Assembly (NCBI GenBank): GCA_018238155.1
Contig: JABCTZ010000036.1
Location: 160,001 to 224,000, forward strand
Direction: 5' to 3'
Length of the DNA stretch: 64,000 nucleotides
Origin: Candidatus Heimdallarchaeota archaeon
Lineage (GTDB): Archaea; Asgardarchaeota; Heimdallarchaeia; JABLTI01
Shown: piece by piece, positions 19,596-30,717 of the stretch
Numbering within the stretch: position 1 is the first letter of the stretch
How the letters are laid out: each line of letters starts with the position of its first letter
Made by a program: the position numbers and the translations under genes
Notes under the pieces: model-generated
Database searches by the model: none
Seen by the model: only the letters and a program-made list of their open reading frames with translations
What the model was told of the DNA's origin: nothing

Positions 19596-19704
19596 TGAAT
19601 AAGAATTGAACCCCTCATTTTGAGTGGGTTTCATCCTTACTTTTTTTAATAGAATAGATCTTTTTAATTCTCAACAACATTACTTGTAGAAAAGAAATTT
19701 TGCT

Positions 19705-20445
19705 GTGGTTAATATGACTATAAAAATTGTTTTAATTGAACCTCAAGTTGAAGGTAACATTGGTGCCACTGCTCGTGTTATGAAAAATTTTGGTTTCAAT
19801 GATTTAATTTTAATCAACCCACAAGTGGAAATAAAGGGTGATGTTTTTCGTTTTGCGATGAAAGCCGAAGGAATAATTGATAAGATAGAAATTTATGATT
19901 CACTTGAAGAATATTTACCAAAGGTGTCTTATGTGGTTGGTACCACCGCACGGATTACATCTGATAAAGGGTCAACAAATGCAAGAATAGCGGTCAGTTC
20001 TGATGATCCATCACTTGTAAATATATTAACTTTCAAAGATGACATCGCCATTTTGTTTGGTAGAGAAGATAGTGGTCTAACAAATTCCGAAATCAATTGT
20101 TGTGATATGACAATTCATATACCAACCTCAGAAGAATATTTAGCATTAAATCTTTCACAAGCAGTAGCTATTATTCTATATTCACTGAACTCTCTCAAAG
20201 ATAATCGGGAGAAATTCCAGTATAGGGAAGCCTCAATAGAACATAAAGAAAAATTGCTTTTTTGGTTTGAGAAAAATGTTTCTGTTCTAAACTTCAAAGA
20301 TTTTAAGAAACGACTTTTAGTAAGGCGTTTTCGAAATATCATTGGCAGAGCTTTTGTCTCAGGAAAAGAAGCAACTTCACTAGTTGCGGTATTTAGCCGC
20401 TCTTTTAAGCGCATAGTAGAATACAATGAACTAAATAAGGAATAA
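19705..20445 (+). CDS. trmJ: tRNA (cytidine/uridine-32-2'-O)-methyltransferase, SPOUT family
   Basis: GNIGATARVMKNFG, FGREDSGLTN, LNLSQAV. Confidence 0.88.
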   Translation: MVNMTIKIVLIEPQVEGNIGATARVMKNFGFNDLILINPQVEIKGDVFRFAMKAEGIIDKIEIYDSLEEYLPKVSYVVGTTARITSDKGSTNARIAVSSDDPSLVNILTFKDDIAILFGREDSGLTNSEINCCDMTIHIPTSEEYLALNLSQAVAIILYSLNSLKDNREKFQYREASIEHKEKLLFWFEKNVSVLNFKDFKKRLLVRRFRNIIGRAFVSGKEATSLVAVFSRSFKRIVEYNELNKE

Positions 20446-20529
20446 ATGAATAAAATATTTTGTCTAATGGTTTGCTTTCTATTAATAAAAAGATTATTAA
20501 TATCACTAATAGAATATCATTCGGTACTA

Positions 20530-20832
20530 ATGACTTTTTCAATTGTTGCTTTCGATATTTTGAATAAGGAATGGGGAGTTGCAGTTCAATCAAAATTTGT
20601 TGCTGTGAGTACTGTCATTCCTTTTGCAAAAGCTAATATTGTTGCTTTTGCATCACAAGCTTATTGTAATACATCTTTTAGACCAAAGGACTTAACTCTT
20701 TTAGAGCTGTTTTTTACAGCTCAAGAGATTATTGATCCTCTTCTAAAAAACGGCGAATTTTTGTGTAGTATATCATTATATTCAGCTGCAGCAGAAACAA
20801 CAACTAGAAAAATAGACAACATACAGTATTGA
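20530..20832 (+). pseudogene. Truncated/decayed DUF1028 (Ntn-hydrolase-like) gene
   Basis: 'MTFSIVAFD...WGVAVQSKFVAV' N-terminus, but conserved glycines are replaced and similarity ends after about 75 aa. Confidence 0.7.
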
Positions 20833-20838
20833 TGAAAA

Positions 20839-22152
20839 ATGGACGTTCAATTATCAACTGCTAAAATTCTCTTTTCTGAGAAGGATATTGGAATAGTTTT
20901 TCGCTACTCTCGAGCAAATATCTATTCCTATCATGCATTGATTGGTTCTCTCGAGATACATCCACAGCTTACAAACATTCCTATCTTTATACCAACTCCG
21001 GTTAATTTTCTAGCAGAAGTAGATCGTTTGTTATCGATTGAAAGATATAAAAAACTAGTTGTTTGTTTATCCCTACACACTTTCCAACTAGATGAGAATA
21101 TTAGCGTTATTCATGCATTAAATCTGCATCCATATAGAGATAAGATATCAATAGTTGTTGGTGGTCCTCATCCAAGTGCTAAACCTAAAGATTTACTTAG
21201 CAAAGGTGCTAATATCGCTGTTTTAGGAGAGGGTGAGAAAACCTTTCCAGAGGTTATTACCAAAATAATTAATGAAACATCCTTTTCTTCTCAGAAAGGA
21301 ATTGCTTTTCTAAACGATCAAGATGAACTAATCATTCAACCTCCAAATGATCTTATAAATCTTGATGATTTTCCACCCTTTGCTCCGGACCATGAATTTT
21401 ATTCTGCTCTCGAGATAACCAGAGGGTGCAGATTCCTTTGCAAGTATTGCCAAACTCCATCACTTCTTGGAAATAAAGTTCGATATAGATCACCTCAAGT
21501 AATAATCAAATGGGGTAAATTTCTTTTATCTAAAAGAGATAATTGGGATTTTAGATTTATCTCTCCAAATGCATTTGGTTATGGCTCAAAAAGAGCGTCC
21601 ATGCCGAATATTTCTATGATAGACGAATTGTTATCAGGATTAAAAGATCTCAAAGCTAAAAAGAGAAAGAGAATATTTTTCGGCACATTTCCTTCTGAAG
21701 TTCGACCAGAATCTGTCACGGAAGATACTTTGAATCTTACAAAAAAATATTGTGATAATGATAATCTCACTTTAGGTGCTCAAACCGGGAGCCCTCGGAT
21801 AATGAAATTAATTCGAAGAGGTCATTCAATTGAGCGTGTAGTTGAGGCTGTTGATTTAGCAACTAGTTTCGGCTTTAGAATAAACGTTGACTTCATTATT
21901 GGTTTTCCTGAAGAAACCGAAGAAGATCAACATTTGACTTTAGATTTGTGCAAGAAATTGATTGCTAAAGGATGTAAAGTGCATATGCATTATTTGATTC
22001 CTCTTCCCGGAACAGATTATGCTAAAGCAACACCAACACCAATTGCTCCTGACATATTGAAAATTTTAAGAAAGTGGTCTAATGATGGAACAATTTTTGG
22101 TTCATGGCAACATCAATATGACCTTATTACTAGAAACATTAGAAGAAAATAG
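20839..22152 (+). CDS. B12-binding domain radical SAM protein (TIGR04013-like)
   Basis: GGPHPS, GEGE, 'EITRGCRFLCKYCQTP', 'FFGTFPSEVRPE'. Confidence 0.88.
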   Translation: MDVQLSTAKILFSEKDIGIVFRYSRANIYSYHALIGSLEIHPQLTNIPIFIPTPVNFLAEVDRLLSIERYKKLVVCLSLHTFQLDENISVIHALNLHPYRDKISIVVGGPHPSAKPKDLLSKGANIAVLGEGEKTFPEVITKIINETSFSSQKGIAFLNDQDELIIQPPNDLINLDDFPPFAPDHEFYSALEITRGCRFLCKYCQTPSLLGNKVRYRSPQVIIKWGKFLLSKRDNWDFRFISPNAFGYGSKRASMPNISMIDELLSGLKDLKAKKRKRIFFGTFPSEVRPESVTEDTLNLTKKYCDNDNLTLGAQTGSPRIMKLIRRGHSIERVVEAVDLATSFGFRINVDFIIGFPEETEEDQHLTLDLCKKLIAKGCKVHMHYLIPLPGTDYAKATPTPIAPDILKILRKWSNDGTIFGSWQHQYDLITRNIRRK

Positions 22153-22166
22153 TGACTTAATAGAAA

Positions 22167-22565
22167 TTACTTTTCTACTGGTTCTTCTTCATCAATATAG
22201 ATTGTTCTGCGGATAACAACCTCAGATTCACTCCAGGTGTCGCGAACCTTTCTATCGTACTCCTTTTTGCGATATTTCTTATCAGAAAGTAATTGTAAGT
22301 ACACTTCTTTTCCTTCCCCCGAAAGAGCATACATCCCTCCGGCATGACAAGTAACGATTTTATAATTTCTAAACTCTCGAATAATTGAATTTATAGTTAA
22401 TGGGCTTAATTTAGTGATATCCACTAGCTCAGGTTTATTGCTTATTTCCTTATCTCCAAGAGCTCGAATGATATCGCGTCGCGCTTGAGAACGAAGCGGG
22501 TCTTTCTTAAATTCTGTCATTTTACCACAAGTTCTCCTAAATGGGGAGGTAGGTACCTCTCTCAT
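22167..22565 (-). CDS. Winged-helix DNA-binding protein
   Basis: 'RRDIIRAL...ELVDITKLSPLTINSII...YALSGEG' wHTH pattern. Confidence 0.6.
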   Translation of the reverse strand: MREVPTSPFRRTCGKMTEFKKDPLRSQARRDIIRALGDKEISNKPELVDITKLSPLTINSIIREFRNYKIVTCHAGGMYALSGEGKEVYLQLLSDKKYRKKEYDRKVRDTWSESEVVIRRTIYIDEEEPVEK

Positions 22566-22612
22566 TTTTATCTATTTAAACTTCTTTCTATTTGCAATAA
22601 TAAAACAAAAAT

Positions 22613-24937
22613 CTATTTCTTTTTAATGTTGAATTCTGTATTATGTTTCTTTGGACAAGTAGCTATAACAATGAGCTTGCTTTTGGTGTAAAGGTCAATC
22701 ATAGTTGGATTAAGGGTTTCTGACTTGCATTTAGAACATTTTAATTCTAGAATTTCCTCTTCAGGTTTGTCTGAATCATCTGCAAAACCAATGATATTAT
22801 CTTCATGACCATTTTTGCACTTGACTTTTAGAACATCAAATCCGAGCATATCATTATAAGATTCTTTTTGCGAAACAATAGGTCCTCCACAAATTTTGCA
22901 TTTTAGTTCAGGTTTTTCTTCTTCCTTTTGTTCTATAACAGATTCCAATGAAATATTCGCAATAAACTCATCATGTTTTAGACCAAAGTTTTCTAATGTC
23001 ATATTTTCTCCAATGGTCATTTTGGAATCATCTTTCATTATTAAGGCAATTTCAACTGAATGTTCACTGATTACTGCATCAACAAGTTTTGAATATTCAC
23101 TAATAGCTTGCTCTAATCTTTTTGTAATTTGAACGAGATTTAATTTGCTTGAAATTGCTTCCTTACTAATGCTCTTCAGCAAAGTTTGCAATGTTTTTAA
23201 AGCAGAAGAATTCACAGGAAACTTCTTCAGCCCTTTTGCAAATTCATTAATTGCTTCTCCAGTATCCTTGGCGAGATTCTTAGCAAATTTCTCTAAATCA
23301 GACATAGCTTTATTTACTTGCTTAATTGTTGGTTTGTAAGATGGGCGTCGGTATCTCTTAATTTTTCCTTCAAGATTTGGATTGATACTAATACCCAAAC
23401 CTTCTGAATATTTCTCTTCAAATTTGGCAATAACTTTCGCTGCTTCTGCTAGGGATGATTTCAATAATTCTTCTATTTTCTTTAAAGGAACGTGATCATC
23501 TAAATCAACTTTTGAAATTTTTATTAAACCACTATTAGCAGGTATCGCAATAGATTCCCCTTCACCCAGAAATTTGTTGATATTCTTAATTTTCTTAATG
23601 TGTTTTTCTTGTGTATCATATATATCTACAGCAATTTCTTTCAAAAGTAAATTGAGTGTTTTCTTATAATCAAGTAAATTTGGAATCGTTTCTATTGCTT
23701 CAGTTAAATTGTTTGGGTCCATAGCATTTTCTTTAGTTTCTTTAATTACATCCAACAATTTTTTGGTATCTTTACTCAATGCTACTTGTTTTGTATAGCT
23801 TTCCAGTTTTTCCTCAATTTTTCCAAAAGTACCTTCATAAGCTGCTTTTGCCATTTTAGTTGCTTCTGTGAGAATCTTTTCATCGTGGATCAATTTTTCG
23901 TGTGGATCTTCAGCTACAACATCAATTGTTCTTACTAAGAATTTAGTTGCTGAAATGATTTTTTCAGATGCTTCTTTCATTTTATTAAAGGATGTACTGT
24001 CCATCTCTAGTTCCAATTTATATAAGCTCTCAATTTGAGAAAATAACTCTGAAGTATCGGTTTCAAGTTCTGTTTTTATTTGTTGAATATAGGATTGCCT
24101 CGTATCACTTAAACGATGATCAATTTTTCGAATGAATTTCTGTGCGTCCTTGAATACTTTGAAACCCTTCGTTGGCCAAGTTTCAACAATTTCGTCAACT
24201 TTAGCACAATTTTCTTTGATAAATGCATCAAAAGCAGGACTTTCTCTATAATTGTTCAATTTTATTTGATATCGTTCATAAACATCTTCAAAGGCTCGAG
24301 AGTGAGCTTTGAAATCCCTTATGAGGTAGTTTTGAGCTTTTTCAATAATTTCATGATAGGTTTCACGAAATGCTTGAACATAAACTACTTTTTCATCTCT
24401 ATTCATCAAACTTCTCTTGATCTTTAAATGTGACTTGATTTCTTCTTCCAAAAGATCTATTTGATGTTTAATATCTAGAATTTCTTTTTCAATTTTGACT
24501 ATTGGAAATCCAAGTTTAAGTTTAATATCAATAAGCATTGCTTCAACAGATTCGTTTATTGTTCGTAAAATGTCAGGTATGTAACAGAGTACATCCATTG
24601 CATTTTTACCAATTTCATCGGTGTTTTTAGGTAATACACCAATGAACGAACGATCAATCCTCTTATTTTGCATTTTTATTTGTTGAGTTTCTTCTAAGAA
24701 CTTTAGATTTTCTTTAGAAATTGTGGCAAATTTTTCTATCTTTTCCCATGATTGGTTTTTCTTCTCTTTTTTCAATTCAGAAATAAAATGGATTAAAGCT
24801 GGAAACCTTTCTCCTTCAAAGGTATCCTTATCTCCCTGAGTCATAGCCGAAAAACGATCTAATTCACGTACAATTTCATCCAATTCGCTTAGAATTGTAT
24901 TCCAATCATCTTTCTCAATATTTTGTGGTTTTGACAT
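22613..24937 (-). CDS. Long helical/coiled-coil protein with two C-terminal zinc-finger repeats
   Basis: About 650 aa of E/K-rich helix, then CKIC...CKNGH and CSKC...CPKKH. Confidence 0.7.
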   Translation of the reverse strand: MSKPQNIEKDDWNTILSELDEIVRELDRFSAMTQGDKDTFEGERFPALIHFISELKKEKKNQSWEKIEKFATISKENLKFLEETQQIKMQNKRIDRSFIGVLPKNTDEIGKNAMDVLCYIPDILRTINESVEAMLIDIKLKLGFPIVKIEKEILDIKHQIDLLEEEIKSHLKIKRSLMNRDEKVVYVQAFRETYHEIIEKAQNYLIRDFKAHSRAFEDVYERYQIKLNNYRESPAFDAFIKENCAKVDEIVETWPTKGFKVFKDAQKFIRKIDHRLSDTRQSYIQQIKTELETDTSELFSQIESLYKLELEMDSTSFNKMKEASEKIISATKFLVRTIDVVAEDPHEKLIHDEKILTEATKMAKAAYEGTFGKIEEKLESYTKQVALSKDTKKLLDVIKETKENAMDPNNLTEAIETIPNLLDYKKTLNLLLKEIAVDIYDTQEKHIKKIKNINKFLGEGESIAIPANSGLIKISKVDLDDHVPLKKIEELLKSSLAEAAKVIAKFEEKYSEGLGISINPNLEGKIKRYRRPSYKPTIKQVNKAMSDLEKFAKNLAKDTGEAINEFAKGLKKFPVNSSALKTLQTLLKSISKEAISSKLNLVQITKRLEQAISEYSKLVDAVISEHSVEIALIMKDDSKMTIGENMTLENFGLKHDEFIANISLESVIEQKEEEKPELKCKICGGPIVSQKESYNDMLGFDVLKVKCKNGHEDNIIGFADDSDKPEEEILELKCSKCKSETLNPTMIDLYTKSKLIVIATCPKKHNTEFNIKKK

Positions 24938-25356
24938 TTGCTGACCTCTAGTGCTTAATTAAAATAAGGCTATTTTTCTTTATTAAATCATCATTCTCAG
25001 ATAGATAGCTCTCATTTTAGGGAATACCACTTTTATTTTTAAAAGTATGCCTAATAAGGCAACGTATTTTTTTATAACGTTGTAGAATATAATTACAAAA
25101 AAATCGATACTTAATATCTTACTCGACCAAAAGTGTTCATTGGTCATTTTCATCTAAACATGAAATCTTCCATCATATTTAATTTACTACACAAAAATCT
25201 TCTCTAAAATATTTAAAAGTAGTACAAGTGCAAGAATTAGCATTATTTTACCTATGGTGAAAAAGATTCCAAAACACAAGAAAAGATTAAAAAGCTATTG
25301 TGAACCTTTAAAGTTAAAGAAAGTCAAAAATAGATTTGTAGTGCAGGTAGGTATTA

Positions 25357-27516
25357 TTGTCGCAAGTGAAAACATTCTTTAGCCGAGTCTGGAATTCCAT
25401 TGACTCACGATTCAGCAGACCGCAAGTGAAAAGAGAACATCTATTAATTTATGCAAGTTTAGCTCTAATTCTCATCGGTGCCTTCTTACTTAGAATCTTA
25501 CCCTATTTTGAGACTGAAATGCTCTTAAAAGGATTAGATCCCTGGGTTCAATATCGATGCGCACTCTTCCTGAATGAAAACGGTATGGCTGCTTTTCTCA
25601 ATTGGTATGATCAAAGTACATGGTATCCATTTGGACGATACATGGGACAGTCAATGTATGTTATAATTCCAATGACTGCAGTATTTGTTTACAAAACTGC
25701 TCTCTTTCTAGGAATAAATATAACCATGCTTTCTGCCTGCTATTTCACACCAGCAATCTTCGGTACAATTACTATTTTTGTAATTTACAAATTAGGTACA
25801 GTTCTACATTCAAAAAGAACTGGGTTATTCTCAGCATTCTTTCTCTCAATGGCGATAGGCTTTATGAGTAGGTCTATTGTAGGATTCTTTGACAATGAGT
25901 GTGTTGGTATTTTACTTATGTTCCTAACATTTTACTTCTTTGTTAAAGGACTAACTAAGGACAGTATGATGAACAATATTTTTGCAGGAATTTGTCTTGG
26001 TTTATTGACTTTAAGCTGGGGTGCATTTAGATATGCATATGGTTTTCTAGCACTTTACGCATTAGTCATGATTCTACTCAAAAAATATTCCAGAAGATTA
26101 TTGGCTACTTTTTCAGTAACGATATTACTTGGAATAACTATTGGTGCAATGATACCAAGAACAAATATTGCTTTCGCGCTTTCCACTGAACAATTAATTC
26201 CTATTATTATGATTATTGGTATGATGTTAATTACCGTCTATCAAGAATTGAAGAAAAGTATCTCTGTAGAGCGGCTTAAGAAGATAGCTCAATATGTTAC
26301 TCTTGGAGTAGTAGGTGCAGGTATGATAACCATAATAGTACTTTACTTTACTGGAGATATTGACCCAATTGCAGACAAATTCTTAAGGACATTGTTGCCG
26401 ACCCTAGCAGAATCATTGCCACTCATTGAATCCGTTGCAGAAAATCACACATCTGCTTGGGGAACATTATTCTTCAATATCTATATTATGACATTTCTAC
26501 TTCCAGTTGGTTTCTACTTCTGTATTAAGAAACCAAATGAGAAAACAGTATTCTTGCTTATATTGGGTCTTACTGGAATTTATTTCGGTGGTTCAATGGT
26601 AAGGTTATCTCTCATCTTAACACCCGCAGCAGCACTTGTTGCAGGATATACAATAGATGAAATTTTACGACCTTTCGCACTCATAAGCCAAGAACGATTT
26701 ACAATTTCACGAAGAAAGAGGCGTGCAACAAAACAAATTGGCAAAGATTTGATTTCTGTTGCGTATATATTCATGGCTATTGTCTTAATGATGACCTCTA
26801 TTTTTGGCATAAATATGATTAACTTATATTACGTTCAAAATCATGAATTAACGCCGTTGTTAACTAACCCGAATAGCAAGGATCAATTCTACGCACATGA
26901 TTATCAAGAGGCTTACCAATATCTTAGTGAACATATTGCACCATATAATGCCGGGGAAAAACCGCCATTAGTCATGAGTTGGTGGGATTATGGTTACCAA
27001 TTAAGGACACTAGGAAATGTAACGGTAATGGTAGATAATGCAACCATAAATTCGACGCAGATAGGTATTATCGGAGCAATGTTGATACATAATGAAACTC
27101 AATCAGCAAAACTATGTAAACAATATGGTGTTGATTATGTGTTTGTATTAAGTCCTGGAAAAATAGGTAGTACAGGCAATGACATTGCTAAATCCACTTG
27201 GATGATGCAAATATCAGAGGAACATTCTCCTGATTTCGGCATTGAGTACTCAGATTATTTCAACGAAGATCCAGAAGGCGAAGAAAAATATGGATTCACT
27301 CCAGCCTTTTACGATTCATTGATTTACAAACTCTGTGCTTACAAGTTAAATACTGATGGTTCCTATGGTGGCGACCCATCTGCCGGTGGTGTTGCAGAAT
27401 GGCGCTCAAAAATGGGTTTAGAAGGTGCTCCTGATGTCAATATATTCGATTTGACTCAATTCAACCTAGTATTCCAATCTAAGTTTGCATTAATTAGAAT
27501 CTTTGAAGTATTGTAA
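25357..27516 (+). CDS. aglB: Oligosaccharyltransferase AglB/STT3
   Basis: DPW, DNE, SVAE, WWDYG, DNAT and DIAKSTW motifs; polytopic N-terminal region. Confidence 0.95.
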   Translation: MSQVKTFFSRVWNSIDSRFSRPQVKREHLLIYASLALILIGAFLLRILPYFETEMLLKGLDPWVQYRCALFLNENGMAAFLNWYDQSTWYPFGRYMGQSMYVIIPMTAVFVYKTALFLGINITMLSACYFTPAIFGTITIFVIYKLGTVLHSKRTGLFSAFFLSMAIGFMSRSIVGFFDNECVGILLMFLTFYFFVKGLTKDSMMNNIFAGICLGLLTLSWGAFRYAYGFLALYALVMILLKKYSRRLLATFSVTILLGITIGAMIPRTNIAFALSTEQLIPIIMIIGMMLITVYQELKKSISVERLKKIAQYVTLGVVGAGMITIIVLYFTGDIDPIADKFLRTLLPTLAESLPLIESVAENHTSAWGTLFFNIYIMTFLLPVGFYFCIKKPNEKTVFLLILGLTGIYFGGSMVRLSLILTPAAALVAGYTIDEILRPFALISQERFTISRRKRRATKQIGKDLISVAYIFMAIVLMMTSIFGINMINLYYVQNHELTPLLTNPNSKDQFYAHDYQEAYQYLSEHIAPYNAGEKPPLVMSWWDYGYQLRTLGNVTVMVDNATINSTQIGIIGAMLIHNETQSAKLCKQYGVDYVFVLSPGKIGSTGNDIAKSTWMMQISEEHSPDFGIEYSDYFNEDPEGEEKYGFTPAFYDSLIYKLCAYKLNTDGSYGGDPSAGGVAEWRSKMGLEGAPDVNIFDLTQFNLVFQSKFALIRIFEVL

Positions 27517-27650
27517 ACAAAGGGTAAAAAAGCCCTTTATCTATCTTTTTTTTTATTTTTCAAAAAAATCAATTACATGGAATGTGAATGTGTTATTTTT
27601 AAATACCAATTACTGATATTAAATGAAACGTAAAAGTATGTGTAACTGAA

Positions 27651-28295
27651 ATGATAAATCAAAGATCAGATATGAATAATAAAACCTTTTACAAAATAGC
27701 AAAGCTCGGTTTTTTTACGAGTGTTTTTACAAACATAGTGTTTCTTGTTATTCTAATTTATATACATCAATTATCATTAAATAGTGATTATCCTTGGTAT
27801 GATTTTGAATTAAGTGAGTTTGTTCTAAATGGACAACCTAGTAAGCTACTCTTTGATTTGGCAATAATAATAAATGGTTTGGGATTAGTTTGTGCGATTT
27901 ATCCATTATCCTTTTTTTTGGCAACCAAGAAAGTTAAAATCACTTATCTAATAATGGCTTCTATCGTTTCTTTCTCATTGATAGGTATAGGTATTTTTCC
28001 TGAGGATGATTATAATATAATTCACTATATTCTAGGTGTTGTTTTCTTTCTATCAGTCAGTGTGATGATTTGTTTTCTTTCAACAATATTCATCAAAAAA
28101 ATAGTCATTGTGCCATTATTTTTTTCTATTTTTGGTTATATTACTTTTGGAATATTGATCTTCCATTTAGCTACAAGGTCTTTCTTTGGAATGGCTTATA
28201 CGCAAAGATTGGCAGTAATTTTTTCATTGGCGTATTTTTTAACTCTCTCAGGTTATTTTATTTTCAAAAAAAATTCTCCTGAAAAAGCTATTTGA
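27651..28295 (+). CDS. DUF998-like membrane protein
   Basis: 'LSE', 'GIGIFPED...IIH' and multiple TM helices. Confidence 0.65.
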   Translation: MINQRSDMNNKTFYKIAKLGFFTSVFTNIVFLVILIYIHQLSLNSDYPWYDFELSEFVLNGQPSKLLFDLAIIINGLGLVCAIYPLSFFLATKKVKITYLIMASIVSFSLIGIGIFPEDDYNIIHYILGVVFFLSVSVMICFLSTIFIKKIVIVPLFFSIFGYITFGILIFHLATRSFFGMAYTQRLAVIFSLAYFLTLSGYFIFKKNSPEKAI

Positions 28296-28414
28296 TTTTT
28301 TTTACAAATGATTGTTAACCGATACAAAATGGTATTGTAATTTTCCAAATAGAACGTTTGAAATAAGAAAATAAAATCAATTTGGGATTGCTGTTAACCC
28401 AAATAAGAATAAAA

Positions 28415-28621
28415 CTACTCCTTTTTTCTTGGATATTCGAATTGAAGGAACTCATCAATTAAATTACAGTGAGAAACAAGCATTCTCCGACAGCAGTATT
28501 TGTCTACCCCAAGGTCATCTAATACTTTACCTGGGTTATCTCCTGCCTTTGTTCGGCGCTCGAAATCTTCCCATTTATCGCCTATGATTTTGCCACAACT
28601 AAGACATCTGACTGGAATCAT
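28415..28621 (-). CDS. rpoN: RNA polymerase subunit N (Rpo10/RPB10)
   Basis: MIPVRCLSCGK...YCCRRMLVSH. Confidence 0.95.
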   Translation of the reverse strand: MIPVRCLSCGKIIGDKWEDFERRTKAGDNPGKVLDDLGVDKYCCRRMLVSHCNLIDEFLQFEYPRKKE

Positions 28622-28998
28622 TGTGTTTTCTTGACTCCTAACTAATTTTTCATTACTAGGATTTTTCAAACCTTAATCTGAGGAAATCATTTCCACTTTT
28701 AGAGTCTTTCTATTGCTTTTAAATCAGAAGGATTATTGTAATCATTTACTATATGGCTTTAGTTATCTTTTTCTTTATGTGATTTCTAGCAAACTTTCTG
28801 ATATCTATCCCTTATCAAATGAAATTCTAAAATCAGAGATTATGGTAATTTAGCTATCTTACAATATTGGATTGGGCTTTTAGTTTTATTTTAAAGAAAA
28901 TGTGAAATGATTATTGATAAAGAAAGAATAATGCTAATTCAAAGATTGATGCTGTTTTTAGTTAAGAAAAAAGAATAAAGTACTAAAAACAGTACTAT

Positions 28999-30288
28999 CT
29001 ATGGTTTTACTCGAGTCATTGTTCGCGGAAATGCTATAGCATCTTTAATGGTATCAAAACCACAAATCCACATTACTACTCGTGCAATACCCATACCAAA
29101 TCCGGAATGTGGAACAGAACCATATCTACGAGTGTCTAAATAGAAGTCATATTCTTCTGGATCCAAACCTTCAAGTTTAAGGCTTTCAAGAATTTTATCC
29201 ATATCGGACTCTCGTTCTGATCCGTCAATTATTTCTCCAATTTCAGGAGCAATCAAATTTGCGTTTAAGCATACTTTTGGATTGGTTGGGTCTACTCTCT
29301 TGTAAAACGCCATGATTTCTCTTGGATAGTGAGTAATAAGCACCGGTTTATCAAAATATTTTCCAATCGCTCGCTCTTCTGTGGCTCCAAGATCCTTACC
29401 ATAAGGAACATCCATACCATGTTCTTTGAGCAATTCTAGTGCTTTGTTATAAGAAATTCTTGGAAATGGTGCTTTAATTTTAAGCAAGTCTTTTGGATTC
29501 TTCCCGAGAGCTTTCAAATCTGCTTTATTCTTTTTAGCAACATTCTTGCAGATAGCACTTATCAAGTTCTCCATTAATTGTAGAAGCTCTTCAAAATTCA
29601 TCCATGTTGCTTCAACTTCTGCATGCCAAAATTCTGTCACATGTCTGGCTGATTTCGATTTTTCTGCTCGAAAAGATGGTGCGATTGTATATGCTTTTTC
29701 CACGGAATAAATAAAGTTCTCTGCGTATAGTTGCCAGCTTTGACTCAAGAATACAGTTTTGTCAAAGTATTCAACTTCAAATAATGTAGACCCACCTTCT
29801 GAACCTGCCGTAGTAAAGATTGGTGGTTGCACTTCAGTATAATCATTTTTCCGAAAATAATTGTGTATTGCTTCAAAAACTGAAGATCGAATCTTTAGCA
29901 TTGAAGTCAATCTCTGTGAACGTAGAGCAAGATGACGAATGTCCAATAATAGCTCTTGACTCTGATCTTTTGATATGGGGAATTTTTCCGCTTTCCCAAC
30001 AATTTTGATTTCAGATGCTTTAATCTCAAATCCACCTGGTGCACGAGAATCCTCAGCAAGAAGTCCTGTGATGTAAAGTGCCGATTCATATCCAATTGAA
30101 TCTGCGATAGCATACGCCTCGGGATTATTCTCTTTATTAACTGAAACTTGAATTCGTCCTGTAGAGTCACGAATAGTTAAGAAAGCAATTTTTTTGCTGC
30201 TTCTTTTTCGAGCAACCCAACCACGAAGGTGGATAGCTTCACCAGCTCGTTTTCCAGTTAATAAATCAGTAATAGGTATGTATGTCAT
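28999..30288 (-). CDS. asnS: Asparaginyl-tRNA synthetase
   Basis: OB-fold (LRGWV, RDSTG), EGGSTLF, SQSWQLY, FRAEKS, GSERE, PHSGFGMG. Confidence 0.88.
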   Translation of the reverse strand: MTYIPITDLLTGKRAGEAIHLRGWVARKRSSKKIAFLTIRDSTGRIQVSVNKENNPEAYAIADSIGYESALYITGLLAEDSRAPGGFEIKASEIKIVGKAEKFPISKDQSQELLLDIRHLALRSQRLTSMLKIRSSVFEAIHNYFRKNDYTEVQPPIFTTAGSEGGSTLFEVEYFDKTVFLSQSWQLYAENFIYSVEKAYTIAPSFRAEKSKSARHVTEFWHAEVEATWMNFEELLQLMENLISAICKNVAKKNKADLKALGKNPKDLLKIKAPFPRISYNKALELLKEHGMDVPYGKDLGATEERAIGKYFDKPVLITHYPREIMAFYKRVDPTNPKVCLNANLIAPEIGEIIDGSERESDMDKILESLKLEGLDPEEYDFYLDTRRYGSVPHSGFGMGIARVVMWICGFDTIKDAIAFPRTMTRVKP

Positions 30289-30405
30289 TAGTATACCACC
30301 AGTAATTGATGTGAAAATTAATTACATTATTAAAATTTTCCGAAGTAGTGATAAGCTAAACATTGTAGCTAGCTACAACTAAAATGATTGTTTTTCAAGC
30401 AGTTT

Positions 30406-30717
30406 TTATTGAAGATTTTTCAATCGCTTGAGACAAAAATCACGCAAAATAACCATCTCACCGAAAATTGCTATTTGATTTTCTGAAGGTTGCCCACCGT
30501 TCGTTTCTTCAGTAAAAATTTCTCGTGCTTCAACAGCCAACGATTGATATCGTTTGACAAATAGGGAAATACTATCATTATCATCTTGCATAGCTATTTT
30601 ATCGAAATCATTTTCTACTTTTTGAAAAGCTTTCGCTAATACCTGATATGAAACTGCTTGAGTGACTTCAAGTAAGAAGTCTGTTATTATTTGTGGTTTT
30701 TCAGATTCTAGTGTCAT
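30406..30717 (-). CDS. Hypothetical helical protein
   Basis: 103-codon ORF with GTGAG SD-like site. Confidence 0.55.
   Translation of the reverse strand: MTLESEKPQIITDFLLEVTQAVSYQVLAKAFQKVENDFDKIAMQDDNDSISLFVKRYQSLAVEAREIFTEETNGGQPSENQIAIFGEMVILRDFCLKRLKNLQ

Noticed and set aside
22613-24937. SMC/Rad50
   Set aside because: No Walker A/B, signature motif, hinge or central hook
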